A DNA stretch of 41,443 nt from Caproicibacter sp. (GCA_036824225.1 DAITAP010000002.1:1-41443), one strand, 5' to 3'. Shown: positions 28,810 through 38,315, counted from the first letter of the stretch. Numbers and translations: made by a program. The notes: generated by a model not told the origin, from the sequence alone.

Positions 28810-30419
28810 GGCTTTCCACCTTGTTCATCTGTGCCGCCGTTCGGGGCTTCTGAATTCCGCTGGCTATCCTGTGGCTGAATCTCCTGCGGGCGGGTTTTCA
28901 TGTCCCGGAGAGGGGCGCGCACGACGGTGTCTTTCAGGCCGGCCTTTTGGAATGGCGCCAAGGGCGCCAGATAATGAGCGCCGAAGGATCGCAGGGATGC
29001 GAGATGGATCAGCAGGATGAACGCGCCCATTGTGATGCCGAAGAGCCCCATGGTGGCTGCCAGGATCAGCAGGAACCATCTTGCCAGCGAGATGGCGTCC
29101 GATGCGAAGGGAATGGAAAAGCTGGATACAGCGGTGATTGCGGTGACAATGACGACCGGCGCTCCCACGATCCCGGCCTGTACGGCTGCTTCCCCCATCA
29201 CCAGGGCGCCCACGATGCTGATGGTCTGTCCAATCGGCCGGGGCATGCGGACGCCCGCTTCCTGAAGAATCTCAAAAATCAGCAGCATCAGGCTCATCTC
29301 CACCGCCGCCGGAAAAGGCACACCTTCGCTGGAAGCCGCCATCGTAAACAGCAGGGTGGTGGGGATCAGCTCCTGGTGATAGGTGGTGAGCGCGATATAC
29401 AGGGCGGGGGTAAACAGGCTGATCAGAAACGAGATCAGACGCAGGACGCGCATCATGGTTGCGTAATAGCTGCGTGTGATATAATCCTCCGTGTTTTGAA
29501 AGTTTTCCACGAACAGCATGGGCATCGATATCACGAATGGGGAGCCGTCCACCGCTATGGCAACCCGGCCCTCCAGCAGCTTCCCGGCGATCGCGTCCGG
29601 CTTTTCGCTGCACCAAAGGGTGGGGAAAACCGAAAAAGGGGCATCTTCGATATAATGTTCCACATAGCCCGCGGCGAGGATCGCATCGGTGTCGATTTTC
29701 TTCAGCCGGCGCTCTACCTCGCAAACCAGATTCGGATTTGCAATTCCTTCGATATAGAGGATGTTCACCTGGGTATGCGTGCGTTTTCCAATCACTGCGG
29801 AACGGATTTTGAGCGCCGGGTCTTTTATTTTCCGGCGGATCATAGATGTGTTGGTCCGCAGGTTTTCGGTAAAGCCTTCCCGCGGGCCGCGGATGGCGGC
29901 TTCGCTCGTCGGCTCGGTGATCGCTCTTTTTTCCCAGCCTTTTGCGCCGATGTCGAGGGCCTTGCAGGAACCCTCGGTCATCAGGACGGCGTCGCCCGAC
30001 AGGCAGGCATCCATCACCTCGCTGTAGGTGAAGGCGGTTTTTACTTCCCCTACGGTCAGCAGCCTGTCCCGGATCTCGTCGATCCCCGAAAGGTCGGACG
30101 CTTCCTTTGCATGGAAATACCAGCCGTCGTGCATGAGCGGCTTTATGATGCTGTCGTTTATCGTGGACTGGTTTACCATTCCGTCCAGAAAAATCAGCGC
30201 CGCTTTCACCTCTGCTCCTTTGTCCTTTCCGAACGAAAACTCGCGAATGATCAGGTCGGAGCTTTCCCCGAACCTGGCTTTGACCGTGTCGAGATTCTTT
30301 TCGAGCGCAGGGGAGAGGCCCTGCGTGCTTTCCTCACTCCGCCGGCTGTCTTCATCCTCTTTTCTGTTTTGCTTATGCTGTTCCTTGAACAAACGGATCA
30401 GCTTGATGATAAAATGCAT
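28806..30419 (-). CDS. gerKA: Spore germinant receptor A subunit
   Basis: RGPREGFTE, EKPD, LEGRVAI, PFP, EAGVRMP, SFG..YLAP. Confidence 0.95.
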   Translation of the reverse strand: MHFIIKLIRLFKEQHKQNRKEDEDSRRSEESTQGLSPALEKNLDTVKARFGESSDLIIREFSFGKDKGAEVKAALIFLDGMVNQSTINDSIIKPLMHDGWYFHAKEASDLSGIDEIRDRLLTVGEVKTAFTYSEVMDACLSGDAVLMTEGSCKALDIGAKGWEKRAITEPTSEAAIRGPREGFTENLRTNTSMIRRKIKDPALKIRSAVIGKRTHTQVNILYIEGIANPNLVCEVERRLKKIDTDAILAAGYVEHYIEDAPFSVFPTLWCSEKPDAIAGKLLEGRVAIAVDGSPFVISMPMLFVENFQNTEDYITRSYYATMMRVLRLISFLISLFTPALYIALTTYHQELIPTTLLFTMAASSEGVPFPAAVEMSLMLLIFEILQEAGVRMPRPIGQTISIVGALVMGEAAVQAGIVGAPVVIVTAITAVSSFSIPFASDAISLARWFLLILAATMGLFGITMGAFILLIHLASLRSFGAHYLAPLAPFQKAGLKDTVVRAPLRDMKTRPQEIQPQDSQRNSEAPNGGTDEQGGKP

Positions 30420-30861
30420 TTTTGCCAGCCCTTCATTTCCATTGGGTTATATGGCTCCGCTTTCGGAAACCACGGTTCCTTGAGAATGCCTCAAGTCGGA
30501 TTTTATTTTCTGCCGTTCCAGAAAACGGCAGTGTTTTTTTTTGCGTGCGTTTATTCCTTTGAAACGGCAAAATGGCTGTTGATTCAGCCTGTCTTGGTCA
30601 ACTCCACTATTTTTTACTTTTTTCCAGCATCTATTGGCTTTTACAGGAAAATAATGACTTTATCAGTCTTGCAATCCCCGTCGATGCGGAAAAAAGGCTG
30701 ATCTTTACAAAACCGCCGAATGTAAAACCTTCCCAGCGAGCACCTTTGAAAAGGAAGTGCTGCGGGGAGTGAATTTGTCATGGAGGAGCTATGGGCGTAA
30801 GGGCGCAGACCGGCGGCAAACCGGTTTGCATATGGACTTTATCCACCTTTGGTTTGAAAAT

Positions 30862-30890
30862 AAAAAGACCCGCCGGTTTCTCGGCAGGTC
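30862..30890 (-). terminator. Terminator after the ABC-2 permease
   Basis: - strand GACCTGCCG-AGAAAC-CGGCGGGTC followed by TTTTT. Confidence 0.65.
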
Positions 30891-30909
30891 AGATAAGCAG
30901 GTCAGATAA
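30884..30909. repeat. Exact 13-bp tandem duplication
   Basis: GCAGGTCAGATAA x2. Confidence 0.9.
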
Positions 30910-30973
30910 GGGGATAGATCCGGATAGTCTGACTATGGATTAAATTCGATGATCCCTATGGCCATTCGGAAAT

Positions 30974-31798
30974 TCAGTGCCTCCGCGCCGCCACCTTGAC
31001 GTTGGAAAAATCGGCCTTGTCGAACTGGCGGACACAAAGGAACAGGAAAACAAGCCCGATGAGAAGAGTAATCAGCAGCCCCAGCCCGGGTGTGATCAGA
31101 AAGCCGTGGATATTGTAAGCCACGCCCTCCTGAACAAGAGCCGCGGTCGGTGTGTGCTCCATCTTCAGAGAGATGAAACGGAAGATGGATGTCAGGTAGG
31201 TCAGGGGGTTGAGATAGACCAGGGGCATCAGGAACTTCGGCATGATGGTGGTCGGGATATAGGCGCCGGAAAGAAAAGTAAACGGCATGACCACAATCGC
31301 GCTGATGATCTGGAATGAAGCGGAGTTGCGGGAGACCGTTGCGAGAAACAGGCCGATCGAGCCGAAGGTCACGCCGGCCAGCGCCATGACGCCGATCATT
31401 TCCGCCAGATGGATGGGGTCGAGTCTGAGTCCGATCAGCAGGCTGATCAGGGTGAGGAGCAGTCCCTGCAATACGGAAATGACGCTTGCGGAAAGAATGT
31501 GCCCAACGGAAATCTGCGTCCGTGAAATCGGAGCGACAAGAATTTCCCTCATAAAGCCGCTCGCTATGTCGGAGAGGATGGCGGTGGAGTTGCTGATGCT
31601 GCCCTGGAACACCGTCATGATGATGATCCCCGCGATCAGGTAATTCATGGGCTGCGCAAACCCGCTCATCGCGGATTTCATCAGGAAGGAAAAGATAAAC
31701 AGGAAAAACAGCGGCATGAGGATGGTCCCGAGCAGCTGGCCCTTATCCCGTACAAAATTCAGCAGATTGCGCTTTACGATAGCGCCGACGGCATTCAT
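30974..31798 (-). CDS. ABC-2 type exporter permease (DrrB-like)
   Basis: GFMREILVAPISR, FLSGAYIP, NPLTY; six TM helices. Confidence 0.9.
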   Translation of the reverse strand: MNAVGAIVKRNLLNFVRDKGQLLGTILMPLFFLFIFSFLMKSAMSGFAQPMNYLIAGIIIMTVFQGSISNSTAILSDIASGFMREILVAPISRTQISVGHILSASVISVLQGLLLTLISLLIGLRLDPIHLAEMIGVMALAGVTFGSIGLFLATVSRNSASFQIISAIVVMPFTFLSGAYIPTTIMPKFLMPLVYLNPLTYLTSIFRFISLKMEHTPTAALVQEGVAYNIHGFLITPGLGLLITLLIGLVFLFLCVRQFDKADFSNVKVAARRH

Positions 31799-32712
31799 GA
31801 TGCTCTGATCTCCTTCCCCGTGACGGACAGGAACACGTCGTTGAGCGAGCCCTTTTTTACTTCAAAATCGATAATGCTGTTCCTAAAAAGAGACAGCAGT
31901 TCCAGTGCTTGGGATGTTTTTCCGATGTTGACGAGGAAACGCCCGCCGTCGGCCTGATAGCTGAGGGCCCCTTCGCGGAGGTAGTTCTCCATTCTTTCGG
32001 GTTCTCTGCTCCGAATGGTAAGGGTCGTGCTGGTATACTGCTTTTCGAGATTTTCCGGGGTATCGAACGCAATCAGCTTGCCGCGGTCGATAATCGCGAC
32101 ATGGGAACAGATTTCGGCCTCATCCATATAATGTGTCGTCAGAAAGACCGTGATATTCTTTTCCTTCTGCAATTTCCGGATATAGGCCCACACGCCGGCC
32201 CGGGTCTGCGGGTCCAGCCCGGTGGTCGGCTCGTCGAGAAAAAGGACCTTCGGAAAATGCACCAGCCCGCGCGCGATTTCAACACGGCGCTTCATGCCGC
32301 CCGAGAGACCGCCCACCGTGGCTTTTCGCCAGTCCGTCAGCTCCACCAGCGCAAGCGCGAACCGGATGCGCTCCTCCGCCTCGCTTTTCGGCACCTGATA
32401 AAAGCTGCAGTGCAGCCTGAGGTTTTCTTCGACCGTCAGTTTTTCGTCCAGCGTGGATTCCTGAAAGACGATGCCGATGTCCTTGCGGACCTTGTCCTTC
32501 TGGGCGGACACGTCGTGTCCGTTGATCCGCATCTCGCCGGACGTCTTGTCGAGAATCGTGCACAGCGTATTGATGGTCGTGCTCTTGCCGGCCCCGTTCG
32601 GGCCGAGGAAGGCAAATATTTCGCCTTCCTTGACGATGAACGAGATATCGTCCACCGCTTTGAAGTCTCCGTAACGTTTGGAGAAATGCTCCACTTCAAT
32701 GATATCCTGCAT
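31795..32712 (-). CDS. ABC exporter ATP-binding protein (DrrA-like)
   Basis: GPNGAGKS, LSGGMKRR, LDEPTTGLDPQTR, TTHYMDEAE; start ATG 32712 after AGGTG. Confidence 0.92.
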   Translation of the reverse strand: MQDIIEVEHFSKRYGDFKAVDDISFIVKEGEIFAFLGPNGAGKSTTINTLCTILDKTSGEMRINGHDVSAQKDKVRKDIGIVFQESTLDEKLTVEENLRLHCSFYQVPKSEAEERIRFALALVELTDWRKATVGGLSGGMKRRVEIARGLVHFPKVLFLDEPTTGLDPQTRAGVWAYIRKLQKEKNITVFLTTHYMDEAEICSHVAIIDRGKLIAFDTPENLEKQYTSTTLTIRSREPERMENYLREGALSYQADGGRFLVNIGKTSQALELLSLFRNSIIDFEVKKGSLNDVFLSVTGKEIRAS

Positions 32713-32743
32713 ATGCTTCACCTGATTTCTTTTGTCGGAACCT

Positions 32744-33286
32744 TTACCAGGGGAACCTGCCCGGCTTCCCGGGGAAGGCGTGAAGATCCGGGCATGGGAT
32801 GCGCCCACCGAAGTGATGCCGCCTCCGCAGCTCCGCCAGATCGTCCAGTTCTTCGCCGTCCTCGCCTGTTTCCTCTTTCAGTTTGCTTAAAAGCCGATCC
32901 AGGATGTCCGAGAGCTTTTCGCGGTCTTCGTCGGACAGGCAGTCAAACAGGCTTTCGGCTTTGGCACGGCTCCTTTCGATCTTTCCGGCCTCTTTCGCGC
33001 CCGCTTTGGTCAGGATAACCTTTGCGTCGTCACCATCTCTGGAATCCAGCTCGACGAGGCCCTCATATTCCAGGCGCTCCAGCCAACTTGCAAGCCTGCT
33101 CCTGCGGATGCCCGACAGGTCGGCAAGCTCCTTTTCGCTTATCCCCGGCCTGGATTTCAGCAGCGTCAAAATTTTTTCTGCGGATAAGCCGGGGCAGGCT
33201 GGATACATATTCCGGTTCTGCACCAGGCGAAGGAGCAGACCCGCCTCGATCATCTGTTTGGATAAATCACGATCTTTGTTGCTCAT
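32744..33286 (-). CDS. MarR-family regulator
   Basis: wHTH ISEKELADLSGIRRSRLASWLERLE..GLV, LT..G. Confidence 0.85.
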   Translation of the reverse strand: MSNKDRDLSKQMIEAGLLLRLVQNRNMYPACPGLSAEKILTLLKSRPGISEKELADLSGIRRSRLASWLERLEYEGLVELDSRDGDDAKVILTKAGAKEAGKIERSRAKAESLFDCLSDEDREKLSDILDRLLSKLKEETGEDGEELDDLAELRRRHHFGGRIPCPDLHAFPGKPGRFPW

Positions 33287-33310
33287 TTTGTAAAACCTCG
33301 ATTGTCAGAA

Positions 33311-33363
33311 AATTAAAAGGTACCTTTTAATTAAATTATAAAGGTACCTTTATTATTTGTCAA
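33311..33363 (-). promoter_or_regulatory. Consensus promoter with two perfect palindromic operators
   Basis: TTGACA-17-TATAAT; AATTAAAAGGTACCTTTTAATT (33311-33332) and ATAAAGGTACCTTTAT (33338-33353). Confidence 0.9.
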
Positions 33364-33443
33364 CTGTTTTGAAAAATATTTTCGGAAATTGAAAGCCGGT
33401 CAGGCAATATCCGCCTGATGCCGGTAAATCCGGGATTCCATTC

Positions 33444-33493
33444 TTGACAGCGGAGGGGCCTTGTCCTATACTAAAATTGTGAAGGGGCCTTTT
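33444..33493 (+). promoter_or_regulatory. Promoter with two variant operators
   Basis: TTGACA-17-TATACT; GAGGGGCCTT (33453-33462) and AAGGGGCCTT (33482-33491). Confidence 0.8.
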
Positions 33494-33535
33494 TGTAAGA
33501 ATAAAAAGATAAAAAAATGTGTCGAGGGGAAAAAT

Positions 33536-34162
33536 ATGAGCGGCAGTCAGCATGATTTATATGAACAGCTTGTGCGTCTCGAATGGCTTCTCCGCCGTTA
33601 TCGAATGCGGAATTACAGGGAGTATGGCCCGATGGCCGATCCCCATCGCGGTCAGGGGAGGGTGCTGGCCCTGCTGAAGCTGAAGCCGGATATCAGCCAG
33701 AAGGAGCTTTCCAATATTTTGGACATCCGTTCCCAGTCGCTGGGCGAACTTCTGGCCAAGCTGGAACGGAGCGGGTATATCACCCGCTCGCCTTCCGAGG
33801 CAGATCGCCGGGTGATTGAGATTCATCTGACGGATGCCGGCAAAAAGGCGTCGAGCCTGGAAGAACAGCAGCCGGATAATAACGAGCTGTTCGGATGCCT
33901 GAAGGAAGAAGAACGGGAGACGCTGTACGGCTATCTCACCCGCGTCATCGACGACCTTGGGAAGAAGCTGGGGGATGACGGCTTCGATTTGGAAAAGCAT
34001 ATGCTGTTTGAAAGCAGGCTGAGGGAACATTTCAATCATGGCGGCCCTCACCCTGGAGCCGGCATATTCGGAGGAAGGCCGGAGATGCATGTCCCGGGTC
34101 GGTTTTGGGGCGGAAACATCGGGGGACGGCCCAGAAAAAAAGAAAATCCCGAAGGGAAATAG
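33536..34162 (+). CDS. MarR-family regulator
   Basis: GQGRVLALL, ISQKEL, LGELLAKLE..GYITR, DRR..IHLT. Confidence 0.92.
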   Translation: MSGSQHDLYEQLVRLEWLLRRYRMRNYREYGPMADPHRGQGRVLALLKLKPDISQKELSNILDIRSQSLGELLAKLERSGYITRSPSEADRRVIEIHLTDAGKKASSLEEQQPDNNELFGCLKEEERETLYGYLTRVIDDLGKKLGDDGFDLEKHMLFESRLREHFNHGGPHPGAGIFGGRPEMHVPGRFWGGNIGGRPRKKENPEGK

Positions 34163-34221
34163 CCGGGCATAAGACGCCCGGCATACCGAACCCTTGGGCG
34201 GATAAATGGGCATCATAATAG

Positions 34222-34258
34222 AAAGCGGCGGGCAGCTCAGGCGTCCGCCGCTTTTTTT
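34222..34258 (+). terminator. Intrinsic terminator
   Basis: AAAGCGGCGGGC...GTCCGCCGCTTTTTTT. Confidence 0.8.
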
Positions 34259-34429
34259 GAAGCAGTCTGTACCGGATCGGATCGTGGAAGAGGTGGTCCT
34301 GTTTTCGGAATCTCAATTTCGTATGGCTTCGGGACATCCCTCCTTCCTGTTTTTTCAGCATATGACAAAAGCTGATCCCTGTGACGGACGGAAACAATTT
34401 GGGTTTCATCTGATCCCTTTATTTTCACC

Positions 34430-34487
34430 TTGACAAATAAAGAATGGAATGATATGATAATTTTGCAAAATTTAATTTTTGTAAATT
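34430..34487 (+). promoter_or_regulatory. Promoter with an OhrR-like tandem operator
   Basis: TTGACA-17-TATGAT (TG-extended), then perfect AATTTTGCAAAATT (34459-34472) and imperfect AATTTTTGTAAATT. Confidence 0.75.
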
Positions 34488-34506
34488 TATTTTTAGGAGC
34501 GATCCC

Positions 34507-35049
34507 ATGTCTGTCTACGATTACGAGTATCTGTCGATTGAGAATCGTCCGGTAAAAATGTCCGAATACAAAGGGAAAGTAATGCTCGTTGTCAACACGG
34601 CCAGTAAATGCGGATTTACCCCGCAGTACAAAGGGCTGGAAGAGCTTTACCAAAAGTACAAAGACCGGGGCTTTACGGTCATTGGCTTTCCCTGCAATCA
34701 GTTTATGGAGCAGGAGCCGGGCAGCGAACATGAAATCTCCGAGTTTTGCTCGGTGCGTTACGGCGTTACTTTCCCGCTGTCCAAAAAAGTCGACGTCCGC
34801 GATGAAACAGCCGTACCGCTGTATCGATACCTGACGGCGCAAAAGGGGTTTGAAGGGTTTGGCAGGGGAATAAAGGCCAAAACCATGGAACTCATGCTCA
34901 GGACCAGATATAAGGATGGCTTTTCCGACGATCAGATCAAATGGAACTTCACCAAATTCCTGGTCGATCGGGATGGAGCCGTCGTTTCCCGTTACGAACC
35001 GACTGTAGAGCCGAAGGACATTGCCGGCGATATCGAAAAATTGTTGTAA
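34507..35049 (+). CDS. Cys-type glutathione peroxidase-family peroxidase
   Basis: VNTASKCGFTPQY, GFPCNQF, KWNFTKFL. Confidence 0.95.
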   Translation: MSVYDYEYLSIENRPVKMSEYKGKVMLVVNTASKCGFTPQYKGLEELYQKYKDRGFTVIGFPCNQFMEQEPGSEHEISEFCSVRYGVTFPLSKKVDVRDETAVPLYRYLTAQKGFEGFGRGIKAKTMELMLRTRYKDGFSDDQIKWNFTKFLVDRDGAVVSRYEPTVEPKDIAGDIEKLL

Positions 35050-35060
35050 GGAGGTACCAT

Positions 35061-35480
35061 ATGAACAGAGTCGTTTACGTTTCAAGGGGCGGCAATACGA
35101 AAAAGCTCGCCGATGCCATTGCCAAAGGCGCCGGAGCGCCGGCTGTTTCAGTGGAGCATTTCGATCCATCCGAATCGGTGGACACCCTTTACGTCGGCGC
35201 ATCCATTTATGCCGGAGCCATCGATGGCAGACTGCGTCGATTTTTGGCGGGTCTGAAACCGTCGCAGGTTAAGTGCGTCGTCGTGTTCGGCACATCGGCA
35301 GGCAAAAAGACGGCTTTGCCGGAAATAAAATCCATCCTTGAGCCAAAAGGCATAGGTGTCTCAAATGATGAGTTCCATTGCAGGGGCTCCTTCCTGTTCG
35401 CCAATCGGGGACGGCCGGACGGAGAGGATTTGAGACAGGCCGAGGCATTTGCAGAAAGGACTTGCAGGGAGCAGAAATGA
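35061..35480 (+). CDS. Short-chain flavodoxin-like protein
   Basis: YVSRGGNTKKLA FMN phosphate loop, FGTSA, GRPD..DL; SD AAGGAGG. Confidence 0.85.
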   Translation: MNRVVYVSRGGNTKKLADAIAKGAGAPAVSVEHFDPSESVDTLYVGASIYAGAIDGRLRRFLAGLKPSQVKCVVVFGTSAGKKTALPEIKSILEPKGIGVSNDEFHCRGSFLFANRGRPDGEDLRQAEAFAERTCREQK

Positions 35481-35899
35481 ATGATCAGATTTTAAGACTT
35501 GAAAACCAGCTCTGTTTTCCGCTTTACGCCGCGGCTAAAGATGTGGTGAACCGTTATAAGCCGCTCCTCAGCAAAATCGACCTGACCTATACGCAGTACA
35601 TCGTCATGATGGTGCTGTGGGAATACAAGAGCGTCAGCGTAAAGGAACTGGGGGAACGCCTGTACCTTGATTCCGGCACCCTGACGCCGCTCCTTAAGCG
35701 GCTTGAGGGCAAGGGCTTTGTCCGGCGCGCGCGTTCCAGCAAGGATGAACGGACGGTCGATATCACGGTCACCGAAGCCGGGGAAAAGTTAAAGGAAAAA
35801 GCGGTAAAAATCCCTCTGGAAATGGCAAAGTGCATGCCGCTTTCCCCGGAGGAAGCCAAAGCATTGTATACGCTTTTATATAAGCTGCTGGACAAATGA
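35477..35899 (+). CDS. ohrR: OhrR-type MarR regulator
   Basis: LENQLCFPLY redox Cys, LTYTQY, LDSGTLTPLLKRLE, DER. Confidence 0.85.
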   Translation: MNDQILRLENQLCFPLYAAAKDVVNRYKPLLSKIDLTYTQYIVMMVLWEYKSVSVKELGERLYLDSGTLTPLLKRLEGKGFVRRARSSKDERTVDITVTEAGEKLKEKAVKIPLEMAKCMPLSPEEAKALYTLLYKLLDK

Positions 35900-35997
35900 A
35901 CCGTGGATCAAAATTTGGCTGTCTGAAATCAAATTGCAATTTAGCATAATGGAGGGCTGGGTGGGAGCATAGCTTCCAAATATGCTGGGGGTAGAAA

Positions 35998-36040
35998 AAG
36001 AATGGCCGGAACAGCGGCACTGCCGCCCCGGCCATTCTTC
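35998..36040. terminator. Terminator between convergent genes
   Basis: AGAATGGCCGG...CCGGCCATTCT with a T tract on the - strand. Confidence 0.7.
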
Positions 36041-36103
36041 TATAGACCTGCTCTTCGGGAGTAGTGAGAGATATTGTGTAATAATGCCGCTGTATCAGTT
36101 CGG

Positions 36104-38143
36104 TTAAAGTGCCATGGCCGCTTCATAAGCTCCCCAGATAGCGGACATCACGTTTCCCGGCCGTTCGGCATCGCCCAGCAGGTGGACACGGTCGCCCTTG
36201 ACAGCTTCGTACAGGCTGTTGTCGCTCCGGTACCCGACGGACATGACCACATGGTCCGCAGGGAGTTCGACGGTGGATGGGATGCCTTCCGGCCCCACCG
36301 CAAACATCAGCTTGGCGCGATTCGCGACGTTCGGGTGGTTCTTTACCGTGACCTTCACGGCAGCCTGCCCGTTCTCATAGCTCACGAGCGAAGCGCTCTT
36401 GATAACGTCGACCTTGTAATAGTCGAGCAACTCCATCAGCATGTTGTAATTGGCCGCAGCAAGACCGAACACGTTGAGGATCGTGTCCGCCAGTTCGATG
36501 ATGGTGACCTTTTTGCCCTGCCGGGCAAGCTGATAGGCGATTTCGCAGCCAGTGAGGCCGCCGCCCACCACCAGGATGCTTTCTCCTTCTACAGTGCCTT
36601 TGCGGAACGCCTCGATGGCATAGGTGACATGGCTTTCGTCAAGACCCGGTATCTCCAGTTTCCGTTCCGTTGCGCCGGTTGCGACGAACAGCTCGTCGTA
36701 TTGCATCTGCCCGAGGGATTCCTCCGTGATTTTCGTGTTCAGGTGTATCCCAACGCCCAGGTTCTCCATCTGCTTTTTATACCAGGCGAGCAGACGTTTG
36801 TCGTCGTCCTTGAAATCCGGCGTCGCCGCCGCGACGAATACACCGCCGAGCTCACCGGTTTTTTCATAGAGCTCCACCGTATGGCCGCGCAGCGCTGAAA
36901 CGCGCGCCGCTTCCATGCCGCCGATCCCGCCGCCCACGACCACGACGCGTTTTTTTACGGGGGCGGGCTTGATCGCATAGCTGACCTCCCGGCCGCAGGC
37001 GGGGTTCAGCGCGCAGCTGATATCCTTTCCCTGGAAGATGCGCCCGAGACAGCCCATATGACAGCAGATGCAGGGCCGCACATTGTCGAGATCGTCCGCC
37101 CGGAATTTGTTCGCAAGCTCCGGGTCCGCCAGAAGCGGCCTGCCCATGCCCATGATATCGATACGGCCATCCGCTATGGCTTTTTCCGCTACTTCCGGCT
37201 CGTCGAGCTTGCCGGCGCAGACCACAGGGATGCCGACGACCTTCTTGATCTCCGCCACGTCGTTCAGGTTGCAGGCTTTTGGCATATAGGTCGGCGGGTG
37301 CGGCCAAAACCAGGAATCATAGGATCCGTTGTCACAGTCGAGCATATCGTAGCCGGCCTTTTCAAATTCACGGGCGATCATTTTGCTCTCCTCGAGGTCG
37401 CGCCCGAACTCTTTGAAGCTCTCTCCCGGAAGCGCGCCGCGGTTAAAGGCTTTGACATAGCTTTTAACGCTGTAACGCAGCGAGACGGGAAAGTCCTTCC
37501 CGCATCTTTTCTTGATGGCCTTCACAATCTCGATGGGGAAACGCAGACGGTTCTCGAGGGAGCCGCCGTATTCGTCGGTGCGGTAGTTCATGGAGGCGAT
37601 GACGAACTGGTCGAGCAGGTATCCCTCGTGCACGGCGTGGATTTCAACGCCGTCGATCCCGGCCTGCTTCGCATAGAAGGCGCCCTCGGCGAAATTATGG
37701 ATATAGCGGTGGATCTCCTCTTTCGTGATGCCGGGATTTTTCTTCGAGGGGTCCCACACATTCTGAATCTCGGCCGGTGCGGGCTCCGTAGCGCCGATGC
37801 CCGCGCGGCCCGTGAGGGCCGTCATTTGCACGAAGACTTTCGCACCGTAACGGTGGATCCCTTCAGCCAGGTACTTTTGGTGTTCGATATAGGTTTCGGG
37901 GCTGTTCATGATGCAGGGCAGCCCGGGCCCCAGGGAAACGATGGGGACGAGCCCCGTGACGATGAGGCCGGTGCCCCCCTTGGCGCGTTCGATATAATAG
38001 TCGGCGCCGTCTTTTGTGTAGCTTCCGTCCGAGTTCATCAGCCGGGGAGAAAACACGCCCATCGGCATCATTGCAATCCGGTTTTTGACTTCCACGGATC
38101 CGATCCGGATGGGCTGAAACAGGTGCTGGAATCTGCTTGTCAT
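36104..38143 (-). CDS. OYE-family NADH:flavin oxidoreductase, 2-enoate reductase-like ([4Fe-4S]/FMN/FAD)
   Basis: EIHAVHEGYLLDQF, RTDEYGGSLENR, CICCHMGC...C cluster, two GGGxxG Rossmann motifs; start ATG 38143. Confidence 0.9.
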   Translation of the reverse strand: MTSRFQHLFQPIRIGSVEVKNRIAMMPMGVFSPRLMNSDGSYTKDGADYYIERAKGGTGLIVTGLVPIVSLGPGLPCIMNSPETYIEHQKYLAEGIHRYGAKVFVQMTALTGRAGIGATEPAPAEIQNVWDPSKKNPGITKEEIHRYIHNFAEGAFYAKQAGIDGVEIHAVHEGYLLDQFVIASMNYRTDEYGGSLENRLRFPIEIVKAIKKRCGKDFPVSLRYSVKSYVKAFNRGALPGESFKEFGRDLEESKMIAREFEKAGYDMLDCDNGSYDSWFWPHPPTYMPKACNLNDVAEIKKVVGIPVVCAGKLDEPEVAEKAIADGRIDIMGMGRPLLADPELANKFRADDLDNVRPCICCHMGCLGRIFQGKDISCALNPACGREVSYAIKPAPVKKRVVVVGGGIGGMEAARVSALRGHTVELYEKTGELGGVFVAAATPDFKDDDKRLLAWYKKQMENLGVGIHLNTKITEESLGQMQYDELFVATGATERKLEIPGLDESHVTYAIEAFRKGTVEGESILVVGGGLTGCEIAYQLARQGKKVTIIELADTILNVFGLAAANYNMLMELLDYYKVDVIKSASLVSYENGQAAVKVTVKNHPNVANRAKLMFAVGPEGIPSTVELPADHVVMSVGYRSDNSLYEAVKGDRVHLLGDAERPGNVMSAIWGAYEAAMAL

Positions 38144-38196
38144 AGAAACCATCCTCTCTTTAATGAATGATATTCGGTGAATTTGATTCTGCCAAC

Positions 38197-38280
38197 ACTT
38201 TAACACACCCCCGCCCGCCTTGTCAATGAATAGAAGTGACATCTTTACCGGATGATTTTTATGCACGTTTATGATATACT
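38197..38280. promoter_or_regulatory. Divergent promoters for the reductase and TetR genes
   Basis: - strand TTGACA-18-TAAAGT (TG-extended); + strand TG-extended TATACT at 38275-38280. Confidence 0.55.
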
Positions 38281-38315
38281 GTACGGAGAAAAATGGAAAT
38301 GTGTTGAGGTTTGCT

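Noticed and set aside
30475..30515. Possible forespore sigma-F/sigma-G promoter for the ger operon
   Set aside because: AAATA...GGCATTCTC has poor spacing and match; cannot be called
30810..30835. GGCAAACCGGTTTGC, resembling the start of a c-di-GMP-I riboswitch
   Set aside because: No GNRA loop or GACGCAAA second stem; only a 14-bp palindrome
34507..35049. Selenocysteine in the peroxidase
   Set aside because: Active-site codon is TGC and there is no in-frame TGA
36104..38143. Bilirubin reductase BilR
   Set aside because: Has HAVHEGY, not the HGDR motif
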